A stretch of DNA of 64,000 nt from Victivallales bacterium (GTDB lineage: Bacteria; Verrucomicrobiota; Lentisphaeria; Victivallales; UBA1829), in assembly GCA_016285345.1 (NCBI GenBank), contig JAEEQN010000010.1, positions 3,465-67,464 on the forward strand, written 5' to 3'. The translations under genes were made by a program, and so were the position numbers. Below the pieces are notes generated by a model. The model was not told the origin of the DNA. It was given only the letters and a program-made list of their open reading frames with translations, and did no database searches. Below, one piece after another: positions 36,372 to 45,438 of this stretch (position 1 is its first letter; the number at the start of each line of letters is the position of its first letter).

Positions 36372-37916
36372 TCATTCCCATTCGATGGTTCCCGGGGGCT
36401 TGGACGTGATGTCGTAGACCACGCGGTTCACGCCGTCGACTTCGTTGATGATACGGTTGGAGATGCGCGCGAGGAGCGGATACGGGAGTCGGACCCAGTC
36501 GGCGGTCATGCCGTCGCGGCTTTCGACCGCGCGGATGGCGATGGCGTCCTCGTAGGTGCGTTCGTCGCCCATGACGCCGACGGAGCGGACGGGGAGGAAG
36601 ACGGCGAAGGTCTGCCAGATCTTGTAGTAGAGGTTGGCCTTCTTCATCTCGTCGACGATGATCTTGTCCGCGCCGCGCAGGACGGCGAGCTTGCCGGGCG
36701 TGACTTCGCCGACGCAGCGGACCGCGAGTCCGGGGCCGGGGAAAGGCTGGCGCATGACCATTTCCTCGGGCAGGCCGAGCTGACGGCCCACTTCGCGCAC
36801 TTCGTCCTTGAAGAGGCGGCTGAGGGGTTCGAGCAGCTTGAACTTCATGTGTGCCGGGAGCCCGCCGACGTTGTGGTGGCTCTTGATGACGGCGCTCGGG
36901 TTGCCGTCGATGGAGATGCTTTCGATGACGTCCGGGTAGGTGGTGCCCTGCGCGAGAAAAGTCACGTCCGGGATGTTCGCGCAGGCGTCGCTGAACACCT
37001 GGATGAACTCGCCGCCGATGATCTTGCGCTTGCGTTCGGGCTCGTTGACGCCGGCGAGCTTCGAGAGGAAACGGTCGGTCGCGTCGACGTACACGAGCGA
37101 CATCTTGAACGTGCCGCCGAAGAGCTCGCGGACGCGTTCGGGCTCGTCCTTGCGGAGCAGGCCGTTGTTCACGAAGACGCAGGTGAGCTGGTCGCCGATG
37201 GCCTTGTGGATGAGCGCGGCGGCCACGGAGGAATCGACGCCGCCGGAGAGGCCGAGGATCACGTTCGCGGAGCCGACGGTCTCGCGGATCTCCGCCACGG
37301 AGCGTTCGATGAAGTCGGACATGGTCCAGTTCGCGGAGCAGCCGCAGATGCCGAGGCAGAAATTCTCGATGACGAGCGGGCCCATCGGGGAGTGGACGAC
37401 CTCGGGGTGGAACTGGATGCCGAAGAGGCGGCGGTCCAGGTCCTGCACGGCGGCGAACTCGGTGTTGTCGGTCTTCGCGCAGGTCTTGAAGCCCTCGGGC
37501 AGGCGCGTGACCTTGTCGCCGTGGGACATCCACATCTGAGTCTCGGAGGGGACGTCCTCGAAGAGCGGCGAGGCGGCCGTGGTGGTGACGATGGCTTTGC
37601 CGTATTCGCGGGCGTCGCCGTGCGCCACTTCGCCGCCGAGCGTCTCGACCATGAGCTGGAGGCCGTAGCAGATGCCCAGCACCGGGATGCCGAGGTCGAA
37701 GATGGCGGGGTCGCATTTCGGGGCGTTCGCCTGGTATACGCTCGCGGGGCCGCCGCTCAGGATGATGCCCGAGGGCGCGGCGGCGCGGATCTCTTCCGCC
37801 GGGGTCTTCCAGGAGACGATCCGGCTGTAAACGTGGAGTTCGCGGACGCGCCGGGCGATGAGCTGACTGTACTGGGATCCGAAATCCAGCACGAGAATGG
37901 TTTCAGGATGATTCAT
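36372..37916 (-). CDS. guaA: glutamine-hydrolysing GMP synthase
   Basis: [31 protein letters not shown]..., [10 protein letters not shown]-loop, C-terminal ...[11 protein letters not shown]. The ATG at 37916 is preferred over the track start at 37955. Confidence 0.93.
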   Translation of the reverse strand: MNHPETILVLDFGSQYSQLIARRVRELHVYSRIVSWKTPAEEIRAAAPSGIILSGGPASVYQANAPKCDPAIFDLGIPVLGICYGLQLMVETLGGEVAHGDAREYGKAIVTTTAASPLFEDVPSETQMWMSHGDKVTRLPEGFKTCAKTDNTEFAAVQDLDRRLFGIQFHPEVVHSPMGPLVIENFCLGICGCSANWTMSDFIERSVAEIRETVGSANVILGLSGGVDSSVAAALIHKAIGDQLTCVFVNNGLLRKDEPERVRELFGGTFKMSLVYVDATDRFLSKLAGVNEPERKRKIIGGEFIQVFSDACANIPDVTFLAQGTTYPDVIESISIDGNPSAVIKSHHNVGGLPAHMKFKLLEPLSRLFKDEVREVGRQLGLPEEMVMRQPFPGPGLAVRCVGEVTPGKLAVLRGADKIIVDEMKKANLYYKIWQTFAVFLPVRSVGVMGDERTYEDAIAIRAVESRDGMTADWVRLPYPLLARISNRIINEVDGVNRVVYDITSKPPGTIEWE

Positions 37917-37947
37917 AACATTGTTTCTCATGGGGTCAGAAAAAAAG

Positions 37948-37968
37948 AGTATCATATAATATGATACT
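37948..37968. promoter_or_regulatory. perfect 21-bp palindrome overlapping a TATAAT/TATTAT box upstream of guaA
   Basis: AGTATCATAT-A-ATATGATACT, 32-52 nt upstream of the guaA ATG. Confidence 0.4.
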
Positions 37969-38123
37969 GAAACGGGAAAAAATCCAGTCCGAAACGGTAG
38001 ATTTTCATAAAAATGTGCCTTGCGGCGATGACGGATGCCCGTCCCGTTTTTTGGAGGAACTGTCGCCTGTTATCCGCCCTGCGCATAGTCCCACAAACCG
38101 ATCGTGAATTGAGATACGGAAGA

Positions 38124-38999
38124 TTAACCTTTCTTTTTCGTATCTCTTTTTGTTTCATCTTCTGAAAGCAGGCTGGACGTGTCGCCGTTCGGGAGGAAGT
38201 TTTTCGGGCTGATGATGGAGTGTCCCAGTTCCTTTTCCGTTTCCTTGCGGGCGTTTCCGGCGACTTTTCCGCCTCGTTTGGCGACCGATTTGTGTCCGGG
38301 CATGTCTGTGGGCTTCTCCTGTCGGGAAAGCTCCGTTGTAACACGTTCGCCGAGCATGGTGAAGATCAGTTCCAGGTCGGTCATGTGATCGCGGAGATTC
38401 TGATTGGGCGAGTCCAGCCCCTTGTATGTTTTGTATGCGGAGGGGGTCATGCCGAACGTCGCCTTGCTGATCTCGGCGGTCAGAATCGCGTAATCGCGTT
38501 CCTCCGTGATGCCGCGTTCCTTCCATTCGTCCGTCAGGTTCTGCCGGATGGCGATGCCGCGAAGCCGTTTGTCGATCCAGTCTTTCGGATACCCTTTCTG
38601 TTCATAAAGCGCCTTCATGCGCTCCTGCGCCAGTTCGGGATTTTCGATTTCCCGCACACGGTCATAGCCGACCTGCGCCAGCCATTGTTTGAACGGCTCC
38701 GCTTTCGGGGAGGGGATGGACTGGATAATACGGAATATGCCTTTGATGTTGGCGCAGTTGACTTTCTGTATCCCCCCGGTAGTCTGTACCGGAAGGGGGG
38801 TGACAAGTTGTCCCCACCCTTCTGCCAGTACGGGATCACGATGCCGAAGCTTCTTGATGTAGTCGGAGGGGTTCACGCTGTCCGTTAAAACGGCGACAAC
38901 ATCCACGACGGAGAAATACCATTCGTCGTTGTGCCAGGTCCTGCGGATGGTCTTGTCCTGAAATACCACGAGGGATTTTTTTTCTTCGTTTTCGCTCAT
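38124..38999 (-). CDS. Bro-N domain / DinD-like (DNA-damage-inducible protein D family) protein
   Basis: The N-terminus ..VVFQDKTIRRTWHNDEWYFSVVDVVAVLTDS.. is a Bro-N type block. The C-terminus ..NLRDHMTDLELIFTMLGERVTTEL.. resembles E. coli DinD (ILDHMGSTELAANLF). ATG at 38999 (MSENEEKK). Confidence 0.7.
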   Translation of the reverse strand: MSENEEKKSLVVFQDKTIRRTWHNDEWYFSVVDVVAVLTDSVNPSDYIKKLRHRDPVLAEGWGQLVTPLPVQTTGGIQKVNCANIKGIFRIIQSIPSPKAEPFKQWLAQVGYDRVREIENPELAQERMKALYEQKGYPKDWIDKRLRGIAIRQNLTDEWKERGITEERDYAILTAEISKATFGMTPSAYKTYKGLDSPNQNLRDHMTDLELIFTMLGERVTTELSRQEKPTDMPGHKSVAKRGGKVAGNARKETEKELGHSIISPKNFLPNGDTSSLLSEDETKRDTKKKG

Positions 39000-39120
39000 T
39001 TCGTTTTTGATCCCGCCAGTTGTTTGTTGTTTGACTGTTCGATATAACATACACCTGTATGTGCGGATTACAAGCTAAATGAACAGGCGTTTTCATTCTT
39101 TTTCTTCGGGACGAGGCAAA

Positions 39121-39891
39121 TCAGAAAAATAGTCCGTAGTCCAGGCACGCCGACCAGTAGTCGGTCAGCTCGGGGTGCGCCTCGGTCTCGGCGATGACAG
39201 TCGTGACCGCCGCCGACCGCCACGCCGCATCGTTCCACAGTTTCTCCAGAAACGCGCTGTCGTGGATGTCGTTCAAGCCGAAGCGCCAGGTAAGCCCGCG
39301 GTTGCCCATCACGAGCAGGATCAGCCACGCGTGATCGGCGTAGGACGCCGGATCGTTGAAACGGCGCGCCATGTATTCGTCCGTGATTCCGAACGGGAAA
39401 TCCCTGCATGTCCCGAGCGGATCATCCGTTTGCATGAACGACCCGTGTCCGAAATAGGTGAAGAAGTATGTGACGCATTCGAATCCCTCCGGATTGCCGT
39501 CGCGCAGCTCGAAGCGTTCGGTCGCGAGTGCGAAGAGATCGGACAGGAACATGTTCAGATCGTCCCATGTGCCGTCCTTGACCAGTTCGGAGTGGAAGAA
39601 GACCGTCCACATGAGAAAACGCTTGAACAGCTCTTCGTATTCCTCATCGTGTGCTTGCACGCATTCCCGGAAGTGCGCGGCGAGATAACGCGTGACGTCC
39701 GGCAGATAATGGGCGGATTCGTCGTAGGTCCCCGCGGGCACCGATCCGCCGAACAGCGCCGTGAACTCGCGTGCGTTCAGGTAACGTCCGTCCTTTTGCA
39801 GGATGCTTTTTTTCAGGTCGCCGCCGTAACGCTGATACGGATCGGACAACTGTTTCGGTTTCGGGTACTTTGCCGCCTTAATCTCGTGCAT
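39121..39891 (-). CDS. hypothetical protein (256 aa)
   Basis: The protein-like part of track ORF 39121..40383 begins at ATG 39891 (MHEIKAAKYPKPKQ...). Upstream of that the ORF overlaps the neighbouring gene in another frame. No family recognised. Confidence 0.55.
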   Translation of the reverse strand: MHEIKAAKYPKPKQLSDPYQRYGGDLKKSILQKDGRYLNAREFTALFGGSVPAGTYDESAHYLPDVTRYLAAHFRECVQAHDEEYEELFKRFLMWTVFFHSELVKDGTWDDLNMFLSDLFALATERFELRDGNPEGFECVTYFFTYFGHGSFMQTDDPLGTCRDFPFGITDEYMARRFNDPASYADHAWLILLVMGNRGLTWRFGLNDIHDSAFLEKLWNDAAWRSAAVTTVIAETEAHPELTDYWSACLDYGLFF

Positions 39892-39935
39892 GAAACGCCT
39901 CCGTTTTCCATCTTCCTTTTTCGCCGGATTCGAAC

Positions 39936-40877
39936 TCAGAACCCGACCTCCGATTCCTGTTCGCGTTCGTACGCGCCCTTCTTGACGCTGTAATTGAAGA
40001 ACGGGAAGACCGGCAGGAATCCGTTCGGGTTGATGTTCAGCAATCCGATTTGGAACGGGCTGCCCTCGAATGTGGTGTTGAACAGCCCGACCTGAACCGG
40101 ATTTCCTTCCGAGGTGTTGTTGACCACCCCGACCTGGAAGCCCTCCGTCAAATCGAGGTTCATAACGCCTAAATTCAGGCATTTCCCGAGCGAATCCCGG
40201 CGATCGCGTCCCCGATCTATCCCCGAATTGTACGTGATCGCACCGATCTGCGCACCGCGAACGGCGGAGGTCAAAATGCCTCCGATCTGACAACCGGTAA
40301 TTTTGCTGTCGTTGTACCCGGAACAATCCAGTCCGATCACCTGCAGTCCGGCGCCCTTGGTCCCGTAAATGTTGCAAAGACAAAAGTCAATTCCGTTGAA
40401 CCTCTTTTTTGCAGTCATAGCCTCAACGGAAAGCCCGTTTGTTTTGCTTTTGACCATAAACGGAAAAACGGAAATGCCGTTCTGCGTCCCGGAAGGCGGG
40501 GCGTATCCAAGGAAATCCGGAAGATCCGAAAGCCCGGCCGAAATCCCATTGAAGCTTGAATCGCTGCCTTCTATTGCGAATAAAAGACCGGCTGATACCC
40601 CGTAGTTGGTTCCAGTAAAACCCGATCCCAGGATCGAGGCAAAGATCCCGCATGAGTCTCTGTCATATGTCGCCAATCCCGTGGAAATGCCGTAGGTGGT
40701 AACATCTTCCTCCCCGACGGGCCACAGCAGCGGACCGAGCTGGAGCGGCGTGATCACGGCGCTGACCGTTTCGCCTTGCTCATTGACTACGTCATGCCTG
40801 CACCCCGTGCAGAGAAACATGAAAAGCGCGGCGGCGAGGGCGGCAAACAATCTGTAAACCGAGCGTACGGATGTCAT
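39936..40877 (-). CDS. surface-repeat lipoprotein (G-[LIV]-Q-[IV]-G...N repeats)
   Basis: ATG at 40877 (MTSVRSVYRLFAALAAALFMFLCTGC, lipobox). Repeated GLQVIGL, GAQIGAI, GFQVGVVNN, PVQVGLFN, PFQIGLLN motifs. The start overlaps the upstream stop as ATGA. Confidence 0.7.
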   Translation of the reverse strand: MTSVRSVYRLFAALAAALFMFLCTGCRHDVVNEQGETVSAVITPLQLGPLLWPVGEEDVTTYGISTGLATYDRDSCGIFASILGSGFTGTNYGVSAGLLFAIEGSDSSFNGISAGLSDLPDFLGYAPPSGTQNGISVFPFMVKSKTNGLSVEAMTAKKRFNGIDFCLCNIYGTKGAGLQVIGLDCSGYNDSKITGCQIGGILTSAVRGAQIGAITYNSGIDRGRDRRDSLGKCLNLGVMNLDLTEGFQVGVVNNTSEGNPVQVGLFNTTFEGSPFQIGLLNINPNGFLPVFPFFNYSVKKGAYEREQESEVGF

Positions 40878-41914
40878 TGTTTCGGCTTCTTTTCCGGTTC
40901 GGCGGGCTTCGCCTCTTCCTTCAGTTCGGCGGGCTTCGCTTCTTCTTTTTTCTCGACCGGCGGCTTCCGGTTCATGTACTTGTCGCAGTATTGGAGGACG
41001 GCCTTGCGAAAGGTCTCCGTACAGTCCGGATCGTCCCAGAGCATGTGGTTGGAGTTCGGGAAATCGACGCGGACGTTCGGGACGTGGTGCGCTTCCAGCG
41101 CCTTCGCGAGCTCGTCGCGGTGGATCGGCTTGACGAGATCGTCCCTGCCGCCGTAGGCGAAGACGGTCGGCGCGGATTTCTCGTTGACGAAGTGAAGCGG
41201 GGAAAGCGCGTCCGCCGCCGCCTTCAACTCGGGCGTGTCGAGTTTCTTCGGGTCGATCGCGACGCGCGCGCCGTAGCCGATCAGCATCGCTGCGATCCGG
41301 TCGCCCCAGAATTCCCTGTGGAACGACACCGGGCCGACTTTGTCGAACACGAACGCGACCGGGATGGCGGATTCCGAGGCGCGGGAATAGGCGTACAGCA
41401 GTGCGAGGTGCCCGCCCGCGGAGAATCCGCCGACGGCGAGTTTCGGGGCGTGATACCCCTCCTTCGCGAGCCGCTGTTTGAGCGCGGCGATGCACGCCGT
41501 GATCTCGTCGAGCATGGTCTTGATCGTGACGTCGTTCTTGTCCGAGACCAGGGAATAATCCATGGTGGCGGTGATGCAGCCGTTCTTGGCGTAATACTTG
41601 CAGTCATACGCCACTTCGTCGCGGTTCCCCCCGGTCCAGGAGCCGCCGTGGATCAGGAGCAGCAGCGGCGCGTCCGCCTTCGGGTCGAGGTTTTTCGGGA
41701 GATACAGGTCGTACTTGTTCGAGGCTTCCTTGCCGTAGGACAAGCCGGAGAGCACGCGGCCGTCCTCCTCGCTCCACGACTCCATGTAGCCGCCCTGCCG
41801 GAGGTTTTTCTGAAGGGCGTTCCTGACGCATCCCGCGCAGAGCAGGAGCACGAGGCACACCGCCGTTAAACATACGATCAAAATCCGCCGGATTCTTTTG
41901 CCTGACAACTTCAT
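40874..41914 (-). CDS. alpha/beta-hydrolase esterase lipoprotein
   Basis: 346-aa ORF. Lipobox (LLCAGC). Oxyanion LLLIHGGSWTGG. Nucleophile GGFSAGGHLAL. C-terminal EEAKPAE repeats. Confidence 0.8.
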   Translation of the reverse strand: MKLSGKRIRRILIVCLTAVCLVLLLCAGCVRNALQKNLRQGGYMESWSEEDGRVLSGLSYGKEASNKYDLYLPKNLDPKADAPLLLLIHGGSWTGGNRDEVAYDCKYYAKNGCITATMDYSLVSDKNDVTIKTMLDEITACIAALKQRLAKEGYHAPKLAVGGFSAGGHLALLYAYSRASESAIPVAFVFDKVGPVSFHREFWGDRIAAMLIGYGARVAIDPKKLDTPELKAAADALSPLHFVNEKSAPTVFAYGGRDDLVKPIHRDELAKALEAHHVPNVRVDFPNSNHMLWDDPDCTETFRKAVLQYCDKYMNRKPPVEKKEEAKPAELKEEAKPAEPEKKPKQ

Positions 41915-41975
41915 GGTGTAGCCTTTCTGTTCGAACTAACATTATGTATTAAATACAACAATATTTGAACCTGAG

Positions 41976-43829
41976 TTAAAAACTCCAGATTTCTTTTGCA
42001 ATAGCATACAGTAGTTGACTTCGTTTTGACAAAGCGTTTTTGTCAAAATCATCGATTGGTTCAAAACCGATGTTGTATTTGGAAACAAAACGATCATTGA
42101 AATCTTTTAAACAGAGATTCGAGTGATAAGTGTCGGCTACGAGCGTGCGGCCCCATTCGAGGCCATTGGAGTATGTTTTCAATTTGTCATGATAAGGCTC
42201 ATTGCCCGAGCTGATATTATCTCTTCCTCTAAGAATCAGGAGTCCTCCTAAACGGTTCCGGAGATTTTCAAATTCTTCTTCATTGGAAAACTTCGATATG
42301 CTTTCCTGATTTCTCGAAAAAATGTGTTCCACATGGAATCCGCTCTTCCATGCGGTGCCCTTTGTAGAAATGTCATAAACGGGAAAAACCATTTCTTTTC
42401 CAATATTATCGCAAATATATTTTTCAATTCGAGCAAAGAAATAACGTAATGTGCGTTTGTCCATATTTGTGAAATCCCGTTGCAGAAAACGTTCATACTC
42501 CAAGAGAGATGTTATTCTTTCCTTTCCTGTTTTTCTTATAATCTCTTTTTCAAGAAGGTCGTTGAATACTTGTCTGTACTCGTTTGGCTGCTTGCCCGGC
42601 AATAATTCATTCAGTTTGAATACCAAATCCTGGAAATCATTACTGTCATAGATTCCATTTAAACGCAATAACATGTTAAGGCGATCATGTTCAAATGCGA
42701 TGGAATGTATTTTTTCCGCTTCATGCGGATCATTTTCACAGCATGCAGCAAGCACATTTTGATACTGACCATTCAATTCATTGATTTTATTGTCGTATTC
42801 CAAAAACTCATCCTGATTCTCCCGTATTATTTTATACAGCCGAGAATAGTATGTTAGTTTTTTTGATATGAAATCCTTGACGTTGGATGACGCATTTTGA
42901 TCTTGACGACGAAATTGAAGATCGGATGCTATGCTGTTTTCAGGCTCGAATATGTATCTGTGATATGATTTGCTAAGTGTTATTAGAAGTTTTGAGTTTG
43001 TTGAAAAAACATATTTTGCCCTTAAATAATCAATAAAGAAACTGTCTTCCAAATCCTTTATTTGAGCAAGTGATTTTTCCCATAGATCCGCATATTTTTC
43101 CGTATCGCTCTTCGAAAGCGTTCCAAGCAGCTTTCCCTTTAATATCTCAAAAGGTTTCAACGGCTCACCACGGTCATTGATTACTTCAAAAACCATAGGC
43201 GTGTCATCTTTGTCAATGGATAATTCAACCAGAACCAGGCGTTCGAGAAAATAATGCGCAAAAACAAGCAGTTTGTGCTCTGAATAATTCTTTTGTTCAA
43301 AAAAGGACACGATATCCTTATAGCGATTAAGCAACGTTTCTTCGGTTGTATTCTCGAAGGAATCGGGCGGATTGTTTCCATCGTTCTGGAAAATGCAGTC
43401 CATGATGCGTTTGCGTTTCGAATGATTAATGCAATAAATGTTTCCGGCATACCGGTCAGCGGAAAAGATACAATCCTTCAAAACATTCCTGATATTCTCG
43501 TCTGTTATTCTGTGAAAAAGATACGTTGCAATAAGTGTAAGAGTGGTCAGTCGTTGTTGCCCGTCAACGATAAAGACTTTTCCTTCGACCTTGTTTGTTA
43601 TAAACACATTCAGGTAATACCAGGAATACTTGGACATAATTTCTTCGGAAAGCTCTGAATTGCCATACTGTGTATATGAGTTCTCAAAGGACCAGCAAAT
43701 GTCCTTTAATAATATTTCAACAGACTCCCTGGTCCAAACATATTCCCGTTGATAGAAATCAATATAATATTTTTTTGAACGAAGGCTGTTTTCAACGGTT
43801 AGCTTTTGCGGATCGATAGTTGTTGCCAT
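41976..43829 (-). CDS. GmrSD-family type IV (modification-dependent) restriction endonuclease, DUF262 + DUF1524
   Basis: 617-aa ORF. DUF262 motifs YYIDFYQREYVW and VDGQQRLTTLTL. C-terminal DUF1524 His-Me finger block FHVEHIFSRNQ...N. AGGAGA RBS. Confidence 0.85.
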   Translation of the reverse strand: MATTIDPQKLTVENSLRSKKYYIDFYQREYVWTRESVEILLKDICWSFENSYTQYGNSELSEEIMSKYSWYYLNVFITNKVEGKVFIVDGQQRLTTLTLIATYLFHRITDENIRNVLKDCIFSADRYAGNIYCINHSKRKRIMDCIFQNDGNNPPDSFENTTEETLLNRYKDIVSFFEQKNYSEHKLLVFAHYFLERLVLVELSIDKDDTPMVFEVINDRGEPLKPFEILKGKLLGTLSKSDTEKYADLWEKSLAQIKDLEDSFFIDYLRAKYVFSTNSKLLITLSKSYHRYIFEPENSIASDLQFRRQDQNASSNVKDFISKKLTYYSRLYKIIRENQDEFLEYDNKINELNGQYQNVLAACCENDPHEAEKIHSIAFEHDRLNMLLRLNGIYDSNDFQDLVFKLNELLPGKQPNEYRQVFNDLLEKEIIRKTGKERITSLLEYERFLQRDFTNMDKRTLRYFFARIEKYICDNIGKEMVFPVYDISTKGTAWKSGFHVEHIFSRNQESISKFSNEEEFENLRNRLGGLLILRGRDNISSGNEPYHDKLKTYSNGLEWGRTLVADTYHSNLCLKDFNDRFVSKYNIGFEPIDDFDKNALSKRSQLLYAIAKEIWSF

Positions 43830-43995
43830 TATTGTCTCCTATTTAGTGAAATGCTTTGTTTTTTCTCGTTGAGAACCGTGTTTGTCTGTTATCATGAGTT
43901 TTTTTGCTGATAGTTCAAACTATGTGAGAACTATAACGCATTTTGGAAAAAAATCAAGTCTATTTTTAAAGAATGTTTATCACATTGTTTCTCTG

Positions 43996-44024
43996 TTGTT
44001 AAAAGAACTGGGGGCTGTTATATT
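43996..44024 (+). promoter_or_regulatory. sigma70-like promoter pointing into a terminator-bounded non-coding segment
   Basis: TTGTTA (43996-44001), 17 nt spacer, TATATT (44019-44024). Confidence 0.4.
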
Positions 44025-44030
44025 TATGTG

Positions 44031-44157
44031 GCCCCGTACTCTCTATTGATTTTAGCTCCAGATAATGCGTCAGGCGGAGAAATGGACCTCTTTGCCGGGG
44101 TGAACCTGTGCTGCCTCGGTGAACTCATCCAAACGAATTCACCGAGGCAGTTTTTTT
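44031..44157 (+). ncRNA. candidate small RNA of about 125 nt (promoter to intrinsic terminator)
   Basis: It lies between the promoter above and a 13-bp perfect hairpin plus T7 (44111-44157). It is GC-richer than the surrounding island. No convincing ORF (the 66-aa GTG ORF reads through the terminator). Confidence 0.25.
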
Positions 44158-44172
44158 GCCGTGAGGCGCGCA
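44111..44172 (+). repeat. terminator-like module, copy 1
   Basis: CTGCCTCGGTGAA...TTCACCGAGGCAG + TTTTTTT + GCCGTGAGGCGCGCA. It shares GCCTCGGTGAACTC and CAGTTTTTYTTRCCGYGWGGCGCGCA with copy 2. Confidence 0.7.
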
Positions 44173-44257
44173 CGACGGAGTATGTTCTAAACAGGCCATG
44201 CGAAAGATCCCTTGCCTGCAGGGCATGATGGGAAGAAGCAGCCTATAAAGCTCTGGC

Positions 44258-44683
44258 TTACATTTGGAAGTAGTCTGTTTCCGTATATCCCGATGCGCCG
44301 GGCACAGTAAAACCCGCCCTCATAATATACTCGTCCAGGTTGTCCGGGCTAACGATCTTTGCAAAGTAATACTCTTCCAAATCTATTTCATTAGAAGTTG
44401 GAGCTGTCGGCATCGGGATTGTGGCGCGTCCTCCGTCCACACTTACAAGCGTTACGGTTTTAACCCATGAATCACAGTAAAACACATCGTATGCTGACTT
44501 AAAAGCATTAGAGTCAGGAAATCTCGTAAGCCATCCCTCATGAAATTCTTCGTCGCTGTCGCGTTTCTGAATTCTTAACAGGGGGTCTTCAGAAAAGGTG
44601 TAACTGCCTAATTCCGGGCTATGAACCCAATTCGATGCGGATGTCGTTCTAAGGATGTCTCTGATTTCAAAAAGATTCATCAT
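44258..44683 (-). CDS. hypothetical protein (141 aa)
   Basis: ATG-ATG at 44683/44680 after AAGGAAAG (MMNLFEIRDILRTTSASNWVHSPELG...). The track ORF extends to 44812 through AT-rich sequence. No family recognised. Confidence 0.5.
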   Translation of the reverse strand: MMNLFEIRDILRTTSASNWVHSPELGSYTFSEDPLLRIQKRDSDEEFHEGWLTRFPDSNAFKSAYDVFYCDSWVKTVTLVSVDGGRATIPMPTAPTSNEIDLEEYYFAKIVSPDNLDEYIMRAGFTVPGASGYTETDYFQM

Positions 44684-44972
44684 TCTTTCCTTTCGGTTTT
44701 TCTCGCGGACTTGGGAATGAGCCCGTTCGAGGTTCTGGTTTTGTGAAAAAAATATTTGTCGGGGAAACATTTCCCCTACGCATACAATAATCTGAGGTTT
44801 TGTAAAAAACAAGTTCGCGAGAAAAAATAAACGAAAACAGAATCAGGAATAGCGTATAAAAATATGCCTGTTTGAGCTCCTTTTCGGATACATAGCAATT
44901 TGTCAACGGAACCAACGATGTCGGGCGCGATCACGGTCAACGGGGATGTCCTTTCGGGGAGGGGCGCTTCGC

Positions 44973-45028
44973 GCCTCGGTGAACTCGTATGGACGAGTTT
45001 GACAGTTTTCTTTACCGCGTGGCGCGCA
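44973..45028 (+). repeat. terminator-like module, copy 2
   Basis: GCCTCGGTGAACTCGTATGGACGAGTTTGACAGTTTTCTTTACCGCGTGGCGCGCA. The hairpin is AACTCGT/ACGAGTT plus a T-rich tail. Confidence 0.65.
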
Positions 45029-45126
45029 AAGCCGGGGAAGGATCACGCGGCATGGACGCCCAATATTCCCAGACGGAGAAGCACGATGTAAAGAATATCT
45101 TTTAGTAACAATGCCGACAGCAGAAG

Positions 45127-45438
45127 CTAGCAGAGGGTGTATTTCTGCCTTTTGTACAGGGACCCCAGCGCCTCGACAAGAAGAAGGAAATACGCAAGAC
45201 TGACAAGCAGGACGAGGGTGATCATAACGATCGGGAACAGCGTTTCCCCCAGAAAGAGAGCCAGGCTTTTCGGGACGATGCAGTCAACATATCTGACCGT
45301 CAGATCCAATGCGATCAGGAAGCTGAAAACAGGGAATTCCATGATGAGAATGACCATGGCAAGGAAATTCCCGATTTTTGTGAGCGGCTTCCTATTCATA
45401 AATTGCAGGTTTCCCTGAATGGTGATTCGAACGGTCAT
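45127..45438 (-). CDS. small hydrophobic membrane protein (103 aa, about 3 TM helices)
   Basis: The ORF-track protein has three long hydrophobic stretches (FLAMVILIMEFPVFSFLIAL, LALFLGETLFPIVMITLVLLVSLAYFLLLV). No SD before either candidate ATG (45438 or 45399). Confidence 0.4.
   Translation of the reverse strand: MTVRITIQGNLQFMNRKPLTKIGNFLAMVILIMEFPVFSFLIALDLTVRYVDCIVPKSLALFLGETLFPIVMITLVLLVSLAYFLLLVEALGSLYKRQKYTLC

Noticed and set aside
33782-37964. Long ORFs 33782..35530 (-), 34615..35532 (+ part), 35473..36198 (-) and 36270..37964 (+).
   Set aside because: They are antisense or alternative frames of proB/miaB, the yfcE-like gene and guaA. They are Arg/Gly/Asp/His-rich with no motifs.
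44111-45028. The repeated modules after each small ORF, considered as integron attC sites or gene cassettes.
   Set aside because: There are no RYYYAAC/GTTRRRY core sites at the expected positions. No intI gene is nearby. The hairpins carry T tracts, like terminators, on the opposite strand.
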